Below are positions 48,590 through 58,946 of a stretch of DNA of 64,000 nt, piece after piece. A model generated the notes under the pieces. It saw only the letters and a program-made list of their open reading frames with translations, was not told where the DNA came from and did not search any database. The stretch is from a plasmid. How positions within the stretch are numbered: position 1 is the first letter of the stretch; each line of letters opens with the position of its first letter. The translations under genes and the position numbers were made by a program. The stretch is taken from sequence record NZ_CP082221.1. One strand, written 5' to 3'.

Positions 48590-51500
48590 ATGGACTTTAC
48601 AATTGAAACGTACTGGAACGTTGAAAGTACCTACTTAATCCTTAATGCTGTTGCATCTCTCATGGGAAGTAGCGACTGGGTAGGGGCTTTAAAATTCATC
48701 TTTTTAACTGCGATCATGGCTTCGCTTTTTGTATTTGCTTTAGATAGAGATTTAGGAAAGTTTGTTAGAAATTTTGGTTGGGCTTACTTTATTGTAGTAA
48801 TCATTATGGCGCCGGTTAGTTCAGTGGCCGTAGTTGATAAACTTAAGCAAGAGCCTCCAAAAATTGTGGGTAATGTTCCCTGGCTGTTAGCAATGGGAGC
48901 ATTCACAACAAATTTCACAACGGGATGGATAACTAAAGAATATGAAACACTTACTTCCGTACCTAGCAGCCTAAGTTTAACAGGAACTGGTGATATGGGC
49001 TTTGGTCAAGCCCTAATAAGAAACACAAATAAAATGAGTATCACTAGTCCTAGTTTGCGTGCTGATATTATGCAATATATCAAAGAATGTTCAATTTACG
49101 ACATGCAAGATGGGGTATTGAATGCTGAAGATTTGATGCAGAAAACAGATAGTTGGAACAAGCTATTTTCCAATACAAATCCAGCGCGATTTGTAACTCT
49201 GGGTATTTTGAAAGGTGCACCTGAAACCGTCACATGTGTCGAAGGAGCAACAAGATTAAAGCAACAAGTTAACGATGGTATTGCAGCAGCAATGCGCTAT
49301 TACGGAAAAAATGCATTTATAGATTTTAATGAAGCGACTGCTTTATCTATGTATACAAATGCTGTTGGAACAAGTTATAGCTGGATACTTGGAGCTAATC
49401 AAAGTGCTTCTGATGCTGTTAAACAAAGTATGTTTAATAACATTATGAAAGATGCAAATACTGAATTACCGGCACTTATTAATGATCAAACTCGTATACA
49501 AGAATTAATGGCATCGGCAGGTGCAGCAGCAGCTTCAGAACAAATGAAAGGTGCAGCCGCAGTTTTATCAAAATTAGCATTTGAAGTCATTCCGATAGTG
49601 AGAAATTGGCTAGAAGTTGTTCTATATGCAACATTCCCAATAGCGGTCATGTTAATAGTTTTAAAACCGAGTACGGCAGTAAATATTTTATCCGGTTACT
49701 TTACAAGCTTTTTAACGCTTGGCCTTTTTCCTCTAATTTTCGCATTAATTAATCATGCTTCAATGCTATATCTAAGACGGAAAGCAGAAGCTCTAGATTT
49801 TAGTGAGGGCATTCCCTTTACTAAAATGGGGGTATTAGACTCCACAGTCGTTGATATTCAAACTGTTATTGGATTATTTGTAATTCTAACTATACCTCTA
49901 GCTGCATGGATAGCACGAGGATTTTATGGTGATATAGCTGCAATTGGAAATCAAATAGTTGGGCGCTTTACATCAGCAGGTTCGTCGATCGGCAGTTCAA
50001 TGGCAATGGGTAATATGACATTGGGTGAAACTAATATTGATTCATCTTCAGTCAACAACACTTCAATGAACAAATATGATAGCAATCTTTCACAAAGCCG
50101 AGGTTTAACAACTTTAACAAATGAGTATGGAACTAGCCATACACTAACCCCATCTGGAGTTATGAATACTCAAAAGCTTGAAGATACAACAGCGCAATCT
50201 CTTCATACAGGCCAATCAATAAGCAGAAGCAACGAAAACCGATATGGACAGAGTACAGATTCTGTATATGGCGTTGGTGCGACATATGACAAAGCAACCG
50301 GTTCAACGAATACAAACTCATATAACAGATCTGAAACATATGGCTTAACGGATGAGAGAGGTGTATCTAATTCTTCATTAACAGGAGTTGGAAATTCGAA
50401 AGGGTATACGACTGGAACGAACCAAAACGAATCAGATACTACACATACGGGTGTTTCATTAAGTAAGACAGATTATACGGCCATGTCTGCCGGAGCAAAC
50501 GGAAATTTAGGCTTAGGTGGTGGTGCCGGAAGTGGTGGTGGAGGCTCTGAAGAAAAACGTGTTGCTGGCTCTCCAACTAATCCAGGGAATGTTCAACCTG
50601 TATCTAAAGGAGAAGGTGGTAAAGGTGGTAAAGGTGGTAAAGCTGGAGTTGGTATTCAAGCTGGTGTTGGAGTCTATGCACAAGGTCAGAAAGGTATTAA
50701 CTGGAGTGGTACACAAGATGAAGGTCAAAACAGAACTTCAGCAGTTGATGAGTATCGCGGTGTATCTACCGGAGTTAATTATCGTAATGATCTAGAACAT
50801 AACAAACATGAAAGTCAAAATGAAACTCACACCTCATCAAATGGTCATGAACGTTCGGCCAGCCTTTATGAAAATAATAGTTATGCAGAAAATAGAAATG
50901 CACAATTAAGTTCAAGAAATGAAGAAGCACGTAGTACTTCTTTTGCAAGCTCTCATTCAATGGAAAGTGGTTATAACTTTGCACAAGATCCTAAGTTTAA
51001 AAAAGAAGTTGCTCAACATTTTGGCCTAGACCAGATTCAATTTAGTAATTTAAGTCCGCAGCAACAAACCCAATACATGCAAGATTATTTAGCTAATGAA
51101 ACTGCACGAATTAAAGAGACTCCAAGCACATATGCTGACGGAAAGCCAATTGAATTTAATTTGCCAAGTGACTTTAGATCAAATAAAGGCAATGTGGGAA
51201 GCCGAAGTGGGATCAGTGCGGATTTTGCTAAAAATTCTAGCAATATTGGTACTGGAATTAAACAAGTGTCAGTGAATACGGGGCCATCTTCAGCAATTAG
51301 TGGTGTGAAAAATAGTCTGGATGATATTGAAGGTAATATGTCAGTTATTCAGCAGAATCAACATAATAAAACTGAGCACACAAAAGATAGAAACTTTGAG
51401 CTTGAAGAAAAAGTAGGAGAATGGAAACGTAAAGATATTAAGGACACGATTGATTTTGATCCTATTGGTCATGCGAAAGAAGCATTTACCGAGTTGAAAG

Positions 51501-51592
51501 AAAAGGTTATGCCAAAAAATGAAACCCATATAAACAGTAATGGTGCTTCATTTGGCCAGTGGAACAGAAGAGATATTGACCCAAAAAAGTAA
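48590..51592 (+). CDS. traG: TraG (N-terminal polytopic membrane domain plus large periplasmic C-terminus)
   Basis: 1000 aa, last gene of the operon. Contains a GKGGKGGKAG 9-bp tandem repeat at 50618-50650. Confidence 0.65.
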   Translation: MDFTIETYWNVESTYLILNAVASLMGSSDWVGALKFIFLTAIMASLFVFALDRDLGKFVRNFGWAYFIVVIIMAPVSSVAVVDKLKQEPPKIVGNVPWLLAMGAFTTNFTTGWITKEYETLTSVPSSLSLTGTGDMGFGQALIRNTNKMSITSPSLRADIMQYIKECSIYDMQDGVLNAEDLMQKTDSWNKLFSNTNPARFVTLGILKGAPETVTCVEGATRLKQQVNDGIAAAMRYYGKNAFIDFNEATALSMYTNAVGTSYSWILGANQSASDAVKQSMFNNIMKDANTELPALINDQTRIQELMASAGAAAASEQMKGAAAVLSKLAFEVIPIVRNWLEVVLYATFPIAVMLIVLKPSTAVNILSGYFTSFLTLGLFPLIFALINHASMLYLRRKAEALDFSEGIPFTKMGVLDSTVVDIQTVIGLFVILTIPLAAWIARGFYGDIAAIGNQIVGRFTSAGSSIGSSMAMGNMTLGETNIDSSSVNNTSMNKYDSNLSQSRGLTTLTNEYGTSHTLTPSGVMNTQKLEDTTAQSLHTGQSISRSNENRYGQSTDSVYGVGATYDKATGSTNTNSYNRSETYGLTDERGVSNSSLTGVGNSKGYTTGTNQNESDTTHTGVSLSKTDYTAMSAGANGNLGLGGGAGSGGGGSEEKRVAGSPTNPGNVQPVSKGEGGKGGKGGKAGVGIQAGVGVYAQGQKGINWSGTQDEGQNRTSAVDEYRGVSTGVNYRNDLEHNKHESQNETHTSSNGHERSASLYENNSYAENRNAQLSSRNEEARSTSFASSHSMESGYNFAQDPKFKKEVAQHFGLDQIQFSNLSPQQQTQYMQDYLANETARIKETPSTYADGKPIEFNLPSDFRSNKGNVGSRSGISADFAKNSSNIGTGIKQVSVNTGPSSAISGVKNSLDDIEGNMSVIQQNQHNKTEHTKDRNFELEEKVGEWKRKDIKDTIDFDPIGHAKEAFTELKEKVMPKNETHINSNGASFGQWNRRDIDPKK

Positions 51593-51657
51593 AGGACCCC
51601 CAACTCTATAGGCAGTATGAAAAAACAGGAGGATTTCTAATTCAAGCTGCTAGGGAA

Positions 51658-52182
51658 GTGGGGGTGGACCCTCAGAAAGTTATTTTAATTTCGGGTTTAG
51701 AGAGCTCGTTCAAAGAAGATGCTGTATCAGCAACTAAAGCAACCGGCTTAGGCCAATTTGTAGCTGGAACGTTTGCTGAACGAATTGCTAAATCGAGACA
51801 TCCTGAACTGCGAGCACTAAGAGGTTTATCTAGAGAAGAGCTACTTGAAAAAAGGAAGGATCCAAGAATTGGAGCACTAGCTTTAGCTGAACATATTAAA
51901 GATGCAGAAGACCGTGTTAAATCTGCTTTTAAAGCCAATGGTATAAGAGATAACGTAACACTTGCAGATATTTATACAGTCCATAACATTGGTAATCCAA
52001 GCATGGCTGTAGCAGCAAGACAAGGTAAAATGGCTTTAGCCGGTGTATCTGTGAAGGCTATGAGAAACAATGCACAACTTTACGAAAATGGAATTAATAC
52101 GACGGCAAAACAGTATATGGAAACGGTCGATCGAAAGTTTGTTGTTATCGATGCTAAGTTAAGGAACGGAAAGAGAAATTAA
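51658..52182 (+). CDS. second lytic-transglycosylase-domain protein
   Basis: ESSF...TGLGQF motif. Confidence 0.5.
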   Translation: MGVDPQKVILISGLESSFKEDAVSATKATGLGQFVAGTFAERIAKSRHPELRALRGLSREELLEKRKDPRIGALALAEHIKDAEDRVKSAFKANGIRDNVTLADIYTVHNIGNPSMAVAARQGKMALAGVSVKAMRNNAQLYENGINTTAKQYMETVDRKFVVIDAKLRNGKRN

Positions 52183-52187
52183 ATAAA

Positions 52188-52215
52188 ATGCCCTCAAAAT
52201 TGAGGGCATTTTTTT
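52188..52215. terminator. bidirectional terminator ATGCCCTCAaaatTGAGGGCAT + T7
   Basis: Perfect stem. Lies between convergent genes. Confidence 0.6.
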
Positions 52216-53272
52216 AAGAAATTCTACATTTAGCAGTTCGTCTTATTTCATCTGACCATTCAAACAATTTCTCTTCAGATAAAGGAATTTTGCTATTCAT
52301 AGCAGCCTTGATAAAACACATTGTTCCATGCTCAGGATCATCGGAACTTCTTTCAGCTCTATAGTTATATAGTGAATTTACTAAGGAATTATAATTATTG
52401 TGATCAGCTTTTATTTTCCAGTATCCGATAGCAAAAATATCAGAGACGGCTTCACGCCAGAGTTGTGTTTGTTCAGATCTCTCATTAAGCAAATATGATT
52501 GCAGATCAGTAACTTTATTAGCTTGGTCGGGAGCGATGGACAGAGTGGACAATGGGTTCAAAGAGTTTTTGTTAGGTAAATCTCTTGACCTATCAAGACA
52601 ATGAGCAAATTCATGCATCATGATTCCTTGAACCCACAAGTCCTTATCGACTAAAGAAGGTGCAGTATTTAAGACATTTTGGGGTGATAGATTTAAAATG
52701 CAATAACCCGATGCTGCTTGCATAGAAGCCGGAGAAGCATTAGGGATATTAAGTGTTGTTAATGCCCAACTATCATTTATGTCGCCAAGCTCAACCACAG
52801 TTTTATAATTTTTAAAAGCGTAATCTTTTAAGATTTTAAACCCGGTTGCAGAACTTAGAAATTCTTGCCTTTGATCATCAAATTGCTTTTGCGAATAGAG
52901 TTTTAATGAATTACCTACTATAACGGCTATCAATGCAATCAACAGCGTAAAACTTGCAGAAAGAGAACCTGAAATTATGAATTGTTTTAATTTACTAGTA
53001 ACCGGATGAGGACCCTTTTTAATTTGACTATTTAATAAAAAAAATAAGGGAGTCATCGTCATCAAAGAAAGTATAGTTAAACCGATTACCGGGTAATGCA
53101 ACGGAATTATGAAGCCCAACAGAGGCCATATCATGATAGAAATCACAAATAGAATGAAAAGGACGGGGATAGTCAAATCATTCAAGTTAATTTTGTGATT
53201 AGACATTTTTATATCCTGGTAATTAGTTTCAAGCGTTGCGGATCCGCAAATAATTATTATAACTAACGACAA
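52214..53272 (-). CDS. membrane-anchored HExxH putative zinc metalloprotease
   Basis: N-terminal TM helices. MMHEFAHCLD motif. Paralog of the 55489 gene. Confidence 0.6.
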   Translation of the reverse strand: MSLVIIIICGSATLETNYQDIKMSNHKINLNDLTIPVLFILFVISIMIWPLLGFIIPLHYPVIGLTILSLMTMTPLFFLLNSQIKKGPHPVTSKLKQFIISGSLSASFTLLIALIAVIVGNSLKLYSQKQFDDQRQEFLSSATGFKILKDYAFKNYKTVVELGDINDSWALTTLNIPNASPASMQAASGYCILNLSPQNVLNTAPSLVDKDLWVQGIMMHEFAHCLDRSRDLPNKNSLNPLSTLSIAPDQANKVTDLQSYLLNERSEQTQLWREAVSDIFAIGYWKIKADHNNYNSLVNSLYNYRAERSSDDPEHGTMCFIKAAMNSKIPLSEEKLFEWSDEIRRTAKCRIS

Positions 53273-53371
53273 TCAATGTCGTTGTAATGATTTTAAAGAA
53301 TTTTTTTAATTTGCTTTTTTTAAGACTCAGCTCTACCATTTATTTTGAATTTGTAACATTTTCAAGATAGC

Positions 53372-54664
53372 ATGAAAGAGCATGTCTTCGCCCTAATCGA
53401 TATTAATAACTGCTATGCTAGTATTGAGCGGTTTTTTAATCCACAACTTATTGATAAACCAGTTATTGTCTTGTCAAATGGGGATGCCACGGTAGTAGCC
53501 CGTTCAAATGAGGCGAAATTGCTTGGAATTCAGATGGGCGTTCCGCTCTTTAAGATAAAAGATATTATTAAGCGTAATAACGTTGTGATGTTGTCTAGTA
53601 ATTATACAGTTTATGGTGAAATGAGTAGACGCTTTCATTCTATTATAAATCAATTTGTTACTGATCAAGAAATGGAAGTCTATAGTATAGATGAAGCTTG
53701 GCTCTTACTAACTAATTACGAGAGTTTATTTGATCTAACTGAATATGCACATACTATAAAAAAAGAAATCTTTCGATTAATTGGTTTGCCCGTCTCAGTT
53801 GGATTGGGTAGATCAAAAACAGAGGCTAAATTAGGTAATTTTCTAGCAAAAAAGATGAAACATTTCAATGGAGTATGCGATTTAGTTAACATGGATCCAC
53901 TCATAAAAGAAGACATTTTTCAGGATATTCCCTTGAATGAAGTGTGGGGAGTTGGAAGGCGAATAGCAAAGCAATTAAATAATTTTGGGTTTTCTTCAGT
54001 TTATGACTTAGCTGTTGCTAATCCAGTATGGATAAAAAAACAATTTAGTGTGGTATTAGCAAGAACAGTAATGGAGCTGCGAGGAATCCCATGTATTGAG
54101 ATTGAGCATAGTCCACCAAGTCAAAAGCAAATAATATCATCAAAATCTTTTGGTCAGCGTGTCACAGCATTGGAAGACTTACAAGAAGCAATTTCTCGAT
54201 ATACTCAAGATGCGTTTAGAAGGCTTAGAAAAGCTAATTTGCTTTGTGGTTGTATCATTGTATTCGCACACTCTAATCCATTTGATAATAAAAGAAAGTA
54301 CTACTATAAGAGCTCTACAAGTGGTTTTGTTATTCCTACTGATAATGTTTTAACTTTGGTTGAAGCTGCGGTAAAGCTAATCGAGAAAGTGTATACAGAA
54401 GGGATAGAATATAAAAAGTGCGGGCTTATATTAACCGGGCTGGAACCAAAGTCACTTTTCACATATGACTTATTAACAGATATGGATGATATAGCAAAAC
54501 AAGAAAATCTCATGTTAGCGTTCGAGTCGATCACTAATAAATTTGGTAAAAAAAAGCTTGCAGTTGGTACATGTATGTTCCCGGATCGGAAATGGACCAT
54601 GTGCCGTAATAGCCTAAGCCAAAATTATTTTTCATGGGATGGGCTATTAAAAATTAACAATTAA
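53372..54664 (+). CDS. umuC: Y-family DNA polymerase V catalytic subunit UmuC
   Basis: N-terminal FALIDINNCYASIER, about 430 aa. No umuD upstream. Confidence 0.85.
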   Translation: MKEHVFALIDINNCYASIERFFNPQLIDKPVIVLSNGDATVVARSNEAKLLGIQMGVPLFKIKDIIKRNNVVMLSSNYTVYGEMSRRFHSIINQFVTDQEMEVYSIDEAWLLLTNYESLFDLTEYAHTIKKEIFRLIGLPVSVGLGRSKTEAKLGNFLAKKMKHFNGVCDLVNMDPLIKEDIFQDIPLNEVWGVGRRIAKQLNNFGFSSVYDLAVANPVWIKKQFSVVLARTVMELRGIPCIEIEHSPPSQKQIISSKSFGQRVTALEDLQEAISRYTQDAFRRLRKANLLCGCIIVFAHSNPFDNKRKYYYKSSTSGFVIPTDNVLTLVEAAVKLIEKVYTEGIEYKKCGLILTGLEPKSLFTYDLLTDMDDIAKQENLMLAFESITNKFGKKKLAVGTCMFPDRKWTMCRNSLSQNYFSWDGLLKINN

Positions 54665-54678
54665 AAGTCGAAATTTAA

Positions 54679-54963
54679 TTATTCTGGACTCGTAAACAGG
54701 AAATCAATAGAAATTTTTGGAGCTTCCTCAATATAAACAGGAATAGTATTTAAACCAAGTGCTAGCGCTGCCCTAAATCGGTTTTCCCCAAGATTAACAA
54801 TGAATTCTCCTGTTTTATCGGGATTCATTCGCACGCTGATAGGGAGTAAAAAGCCATCTTTCTTTATGCTCAATACAAGAGCTTCAATATTTTCGTATAC
54901 ATCATCTTTTTTACTTGATGAGATCAATTTCAGTGGCATTTGGATAATTTCTTTGGTTTTCAT
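54679..54963 (-). CDS. small ParB/Srx-domain protein (94 aa)
   Basis: LLPISVRMNPDKTGEFIVNLGENRFRAALALGL matches the ParB N-domain core. Confidence 0.5.
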   Translation of the reverse strand: MKTKEIIQMPLKLISSSKKDDVYENIEALVLSIKKDGFLLPISVRMNPDKTGEFIVNLGENRFRAALALGLNTIPVYIEEAPKISIDFLFTSPE

Positions 54964-54988
54964 ACTTTTTCCAATTAGCTACGATGGT

Positions 54989-55216
54989 TTACTTTATTAC
55001 GAATATAGCCGAGTCCATTTTCCTTTGGAATCGCTCAGAATCGGATAATTTGATGAAGCAAAACTTACCAGTTGGAACCATAGATTTAATAACACATTGA
55101 TGCATATTTGCTAATTTTTCATTTATAGATTGTTGCCATTGATCTAAAGTTAGACCAGCTTCATTAGCCCTTTTCATTTGTAAATCAAGTGGCATATTTA
55201 AAAGATTTTTCTTCAC
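54989..55216 (-). CDS. small hypothetical protein (GTG start)
   Basis: AGAGG SD. Upstream partner of the ParB-like gene. Confidence 0.4.
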   Translation of the reverse strand: MKKNLLNMPLDLQMKRANEAGLTLDQWQQSINEKLANMHQCVIKSMVPTGKFCFIKLSDSERFQRKMDSAIFVIK

Positions 55217-55488
55217 TAGGAACCTCTTTTTTTAGGAGTTCAGCAAACTAATATAAAAAATACCCTCTAGATTGCGTTCATTTACTGTTTAAGCCCTAAC
55301 TTAAGATTAAGACCTATGTTCATACAGATCAATTAAAATGCTCATATACGCGAATCTATGAAGTAAAGGCGCGGTGAAAATACAGGAATTTAAAAATATA
55401 AGTTGATTTTTTACCTTATAAGCACAATATATTGTGATTTTAGTATCATCTCTCCTAAACATACACAAGATATACGGTTCAAACAACA

Positions 55489-56514
55489 ATGAAGTCAATT
55501 TCGCATATGATCCTGCTATTTCTAGCACAAATTGGATTAGTAATATCATCAATATTTATTGTCATTCTGAATTTTTATATACAACCTAATAATAATTTTT
55601 TGGGGTTAAATGTTTGTATAGCCATAATATCAGTAGCTTATATATTGTATTTTATTTGGAAAAATTTTTCAGAAGTATTGAAAGGATGGGATATAAAACT
55701 TGTATATGGTGCTCTATCATTGATTTTTTTAGTTATTGTAGGCACTTCAGGAACATTTCTTCATTTGTACTCAATTAGAGATCAGCAAAAGTTTACAAAA
55801 ACAAATGAACAAGATGCTAAGAGTAAAGAATTCGGAATTATTCAAAAGCTTGGTCATGAAAATGATGTATATATTAAACTTGGAAATACAAGGACAAGTT
55901 GGGCTCTAACAAGATTAGTAGTTGTACCAGATGCATCAGGCGCATCAATGTATTTAATGAACGGATATTGTGCATTAAATTATTCTGATGTTTCGAGCCA
56001 AGATATGAAGCAAGAAATGATAAAAAATATATCAAAAGATAAGCTTGCAAAGGAAAGACTTGATATTCCAAAGATGGCAATAATGATGCATGAGTTTGCA
56101 CATTGTATTGATATTAAGAGAGATTATTTAACATTCAATATAAATGCAGCAAATTCAGATAAGACAACAATTTTAGGTACAAACGCTATAGCACCAAAAT
56201 TTAGATCCCACGTAAAAGATCTAATGAGTTACCAAGAGCTTGGTAGCGCCTCTACATTGTGGAAAGAAGTTTTTGCGGATCTTTATATGGCGGGTTATCT
56301 GTATGTAAATCATCCTAGCATTGCAGACCAAGCTGTTAATAATTGGAGTAAATTAAGAGCAAAAAATACAAAAGACGATGAAGGGCATTCAACAAGTTGT
56401 TGGTTGAATATTGCTCAGACATTGCCAAAACCAAGATCGAATAACGAATTAATAAATTGGGCAGATAATATTAGGTCGACCAGTAAATGCAAAAGTGATT
56501 TTTATAAGTCTTAG
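55489..56514 (+). CDS. membrane-anchored HExxH putative zinc metalloprotease (paralog of 52214)
   Basis: MMHEFAHCID motif. Shares WALT...ASGASM...GYC blocks with the 52214 protein. Confidence 0.6.
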   Translation: MKSISHMILLFLAQIGLVISSIFIVILNFYIQPNNNFLGLNVCIAIISVAYILYFIWKNFSEVLKGWDIKLVYGALSLIFLVIVGTSGTFLHLYSIRDQQKFTKTNEQDAKSKEFGIIQKLGHENDVYIKLGNTRTSWALTRLVVVPDASGASMYLMNGYCALNYSDVSSQDMKQEMIKNISKDKLAKERLDIPKMAIMMHEFAHCIDIKRDYLTFNINAANSDKTTILGTNAIAPKFRSHVKDLMSYQELGSASTLWKEVFADLYMAGYLYVNHPSIADQAVNNWSKLRAKNTKDDEGHSTSCWLNIAQTLPKPRSNNELINWADNIRSTSKCKSDFYKS

Positions 56515-56554
56515 AAAAAATCTAAAGCTAAACTTCTTATATTTTTGTAATAAA

Positions 56555-56594
56555 ATGCCAAGAGAGTTTTAATAACTATTCTTGGCATTTTTTT
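56555..56594 (+). terminator. terminator ATGCCAAGA...TCTTGGCAT + T7
   Basis: 9-bp stem plus T-run. Confidence 0.55.
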
Positions 56595-56675
56595 ATAAAA
56601 CAAAAGGTTATGACATTTAATTACTTTTATCCAGGAGCTGCTGAAGGAGAATGGCCATGGAATATTTTGCAACTT

Positions 56676-57179
56676 TTATCTAGGTTCATTTTCTGTGATT
56701 TCTTTAACTTTTATTACATTAAATTCTTCAATAAATTTACACAGCTCTAAACTAGTATCGATGTTTAAGACACTCTTAGGTTGAACTTTAAAAGCTTCAG
56801 TTTTATCAAGATGTTTTTGCATGTCAGTTTTATAAGAATCTAAAGCATAGTGATAATCAAACCCTCTAATATAACCTTTATTTGGATACATACATGGCAC
56901 TAGAATACGATTTACAAGACCGTTAGACCCAACACCGGCTTTTGCTTGTTGAATTAAAAGAGTTTTAATATTTTCCTGTAATGCAAAGGGTAGTGGTGCT
57001 GCATTTATGCTCAACCAAGCAATTAAAGTAAGAAAGAATGATAAGCTGAATGAATTATAGAAAATTGGACGTTTTTTTAATGCAAAGAAAATTAAACTAG
57101 CTAGCATTAACATCAAGAAAAATATAAACACAAGGGAATAAAAATCTCCTAGATAAAGGAGCTCAAGCAAATTAATCAT
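56676..57179 (-). CDS. membrane-anchored protein
   Basis: N-terminal TM helices. Confidence 0.45.
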   Translation of the reverse strand: MINLLELLYLGDFYSLVFIFFLMLMLASLIFFALKKRPIFYNSFSLSFFLTLIAWLSINAAPLPFALQENIKTLLIQQAKAGVGSNGLVNRILVPCMYPNKGYIRGFDYHYALDSYKTDMQKHLDKTEAFKVQPKSVLNIDTSLELCKFIEEFNVIKVKEITENEPR

Positions 57180-57216
57180 TTATTAACCCGAAAAAATGAA
57201 GGACCGTGTTTAGAGG

Positions 57217-57882
57217 TTATTGTTTGAAGTCATATTTAATTTGTAAAAAATCATCGAACGTTATACGGATATTATTCCAATATTCATTAATTTCTTGGTT
57301 TTCAATGTTTTCCAGAAAATACTCAACTCGATCAAGAAATACTTCAGTATCTTTCTGTATTGTTTTGAAAATAGTAATAACTCGAATAGTATCAGACTTA
57401 TACTTCATCAATTCAAAGTAGCAATGTATTAAATCGCTTATAAATCTGTCATTTAGAGATTTTAACTGAATTATGGAGCTATTTTTTTGCGCTTTAAGGT
57501 TATGTTCTGATATCAATGATTTGATTTTAGATAAATCTTTCAATTGATTCGGATCTATGGATTTAAGAAAGTCTGTTATTGCATTAATTGGCCGCTTCCA
57601 AAAATAAAAATTCTTTCTTTGTCTTGCAGCGATCACAAAAAGTTCTTTTATGGTTGACGGAATATTATCATTTGAAAGTAATTCCATTGCGCCCGGGATA
57701 AATCTTAATGCACTGGGCTTCCGTAATTCTTCAAAATAAAGTCTTTGGTAAGTGTCATCAATTTGATAAAAGAACTCATTCTTTATTGGTCCTTCAATAT
57801 AGGACAATAATGTATAAGAAGAGGTAGCATTTAGATGAACAACTTCACGGATATAACTTTCAACTCTATCTGAGATTTGCAT
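57217..57882 (-). CDS. hypothetical protein (221 aa)
   Basis: Motif B GAGCCTCACGGCTTCAGGAG (rc of 57892-57911) upstream. Confidence 0.5.
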   Translation of the reverse strand: MQISDRVESYIREVVHLNATSSYTLLSYIEGPIKNEFFYQIDDTYQRLYFEELRKPSALRFIPGAMELLSNDNIPSTIKELFVIAARQRKNFYFWKRPINAITDFLKSIDPNQLKDLSKIKSLISEHNLKAQKNSSIIQLKSLNDRFISDLIHCYFELMKYKSDTIRVITIFKTIQKDTEVFLDRVEYFLENIENQEINEYWNNIRITFDDFLQIKYDFKQ

Positions 57883-57923
57883 TATTGACTCCTGAAGCCG
57901 TGAGGCTCAAAAATGTGTTTTGG

Positions 57924-58223
57924 TTATTTGCTTGAAGTAAAAAATGGAGGCGCAAAAGGAGCATATTTGTATGATGTACTAGGATCGCACGGAACAAAAT
58001 ACACTTCTCTTTCTAGAAATTTATGAGCTCTTAAAGCTGGATCCTTAACAATTAATCCATAAATAACAAGTAAAATAATTAAAGGAATTATATTGTTAAT
58101 CATGTAGCTAAGTGTGGAGCCCATAATTGCAAATAAAAGAAATAACAAAAATTTCATAAACTTATTTTCAATCATTTTATTCTCCAATAGGTACAACACA
58201 TACATGAAGTACCGTGTTGGCAA
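57924..58223 (-). CDS. small membrane protein
   Basis: Hydrophobic ORF. Confidence 0.4.
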   Translation of the reverse strand: MPTRYFMYVLYLLENKMIENKFMKFLLFLLFAIMGSTLSYMINNIIPLIILLVIYGLIVKDPALRAHKFLEREVYFVPCDPSTSYKYAPFAPPFFTSSK

Positions 58224-58242
58224 AGTCTAAACAATTATCAAA

Positions 58243-58476
58243 TTATTGTTGCTCGATGATAATTGATCTACCTGTTTGTGTTCCAAAGTAACCTACTACT
58301 TTCCATCCCAAATCATAAATTTGTTGGATAGTTAAACGATCTTTTTGGCTAATGGCAGGGCACATATATGTTGAGTTATCACGGGAATAACATTCGCCTC
58401 CTTTTTTTTGAGCAAAAGCAGCATTTGAAGCAGCAAGTGTTAAACCCAAAGTTAAAGATAAAAAGATTTTTTTCAT
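58243..58476 (-). CDS. small secreted protein (signal peptide)
   Basis: Signal peptide AASNAAFA. AAGGAAACC SD. Confidence 0.45.
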   Translation of the reverse strand: MKKIFLSLTLGLTLAASNAAFAQKKGGECYSRDNSTYMCPAISQKDRLTIQQIYDLGWKVVGYFGTQTGRSIIIEQQ

Positions 58477-58728
58477 AATGGTTTCCTTGTAATGAGTGGG
58501 ATTTTTTAAATCAAGTGTATGTTTAGATCATATGATAACCATATACAAAAAAAAAGTTAAGTTTAAAAATTCAACATTTTTAGTGAATGATTTATTTAAA
58601 GATGAATACGCAGAGTGATGCACTAGAATAAGGTTACTAAGGCTAGAGTTGAAAAATGTAATTTGTGATAAAAAATAAATTTAAAATTGTGGATAACTAA
58701 AATATTTTGTGCTATAAAATACGAAAAG

Positions 58729-58760
58729 TTGTAGCACTTTGATGATTTTTTTTGATTAGA
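58729..58760 (+). promoter_or_regulatory. rep promoter with conserved box TTGTAGCACTTTGATG
   Basis: Second copy of the box. A DnaA-box TGTGGATAA sits at 58691-58699. A 10-bp stem hairpin lies at 58786-58811. Confidence 0.45.
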
Positions 58761-58946
58761 AAAATGCTATGCTTAAAAAGACGAAAGACTGAACGCGCCA
58801 ACGTTCAGTCTCTCTGGTTGTTGTCAAGATCCTTCGCAGGGCATACTTAACAACGGTTATTTGTATAACGTAGATTCATAGTACATCTACTTCATATCTT
58901 TTGCAACCCTTTTATATGCGAAAGATCATTATAATAACCAAGAAAA

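Noticed and set aside
50618-50650. Short 9-bp tandem repeat (GGTGGTAAA x3) in traG. Checked as a possible CRISPR or VNTR.
   Set aside because: Only three units and in frame (GKGGKGGKAG) inside a Gly/Ser-rich linker. Not a CRISPR array.
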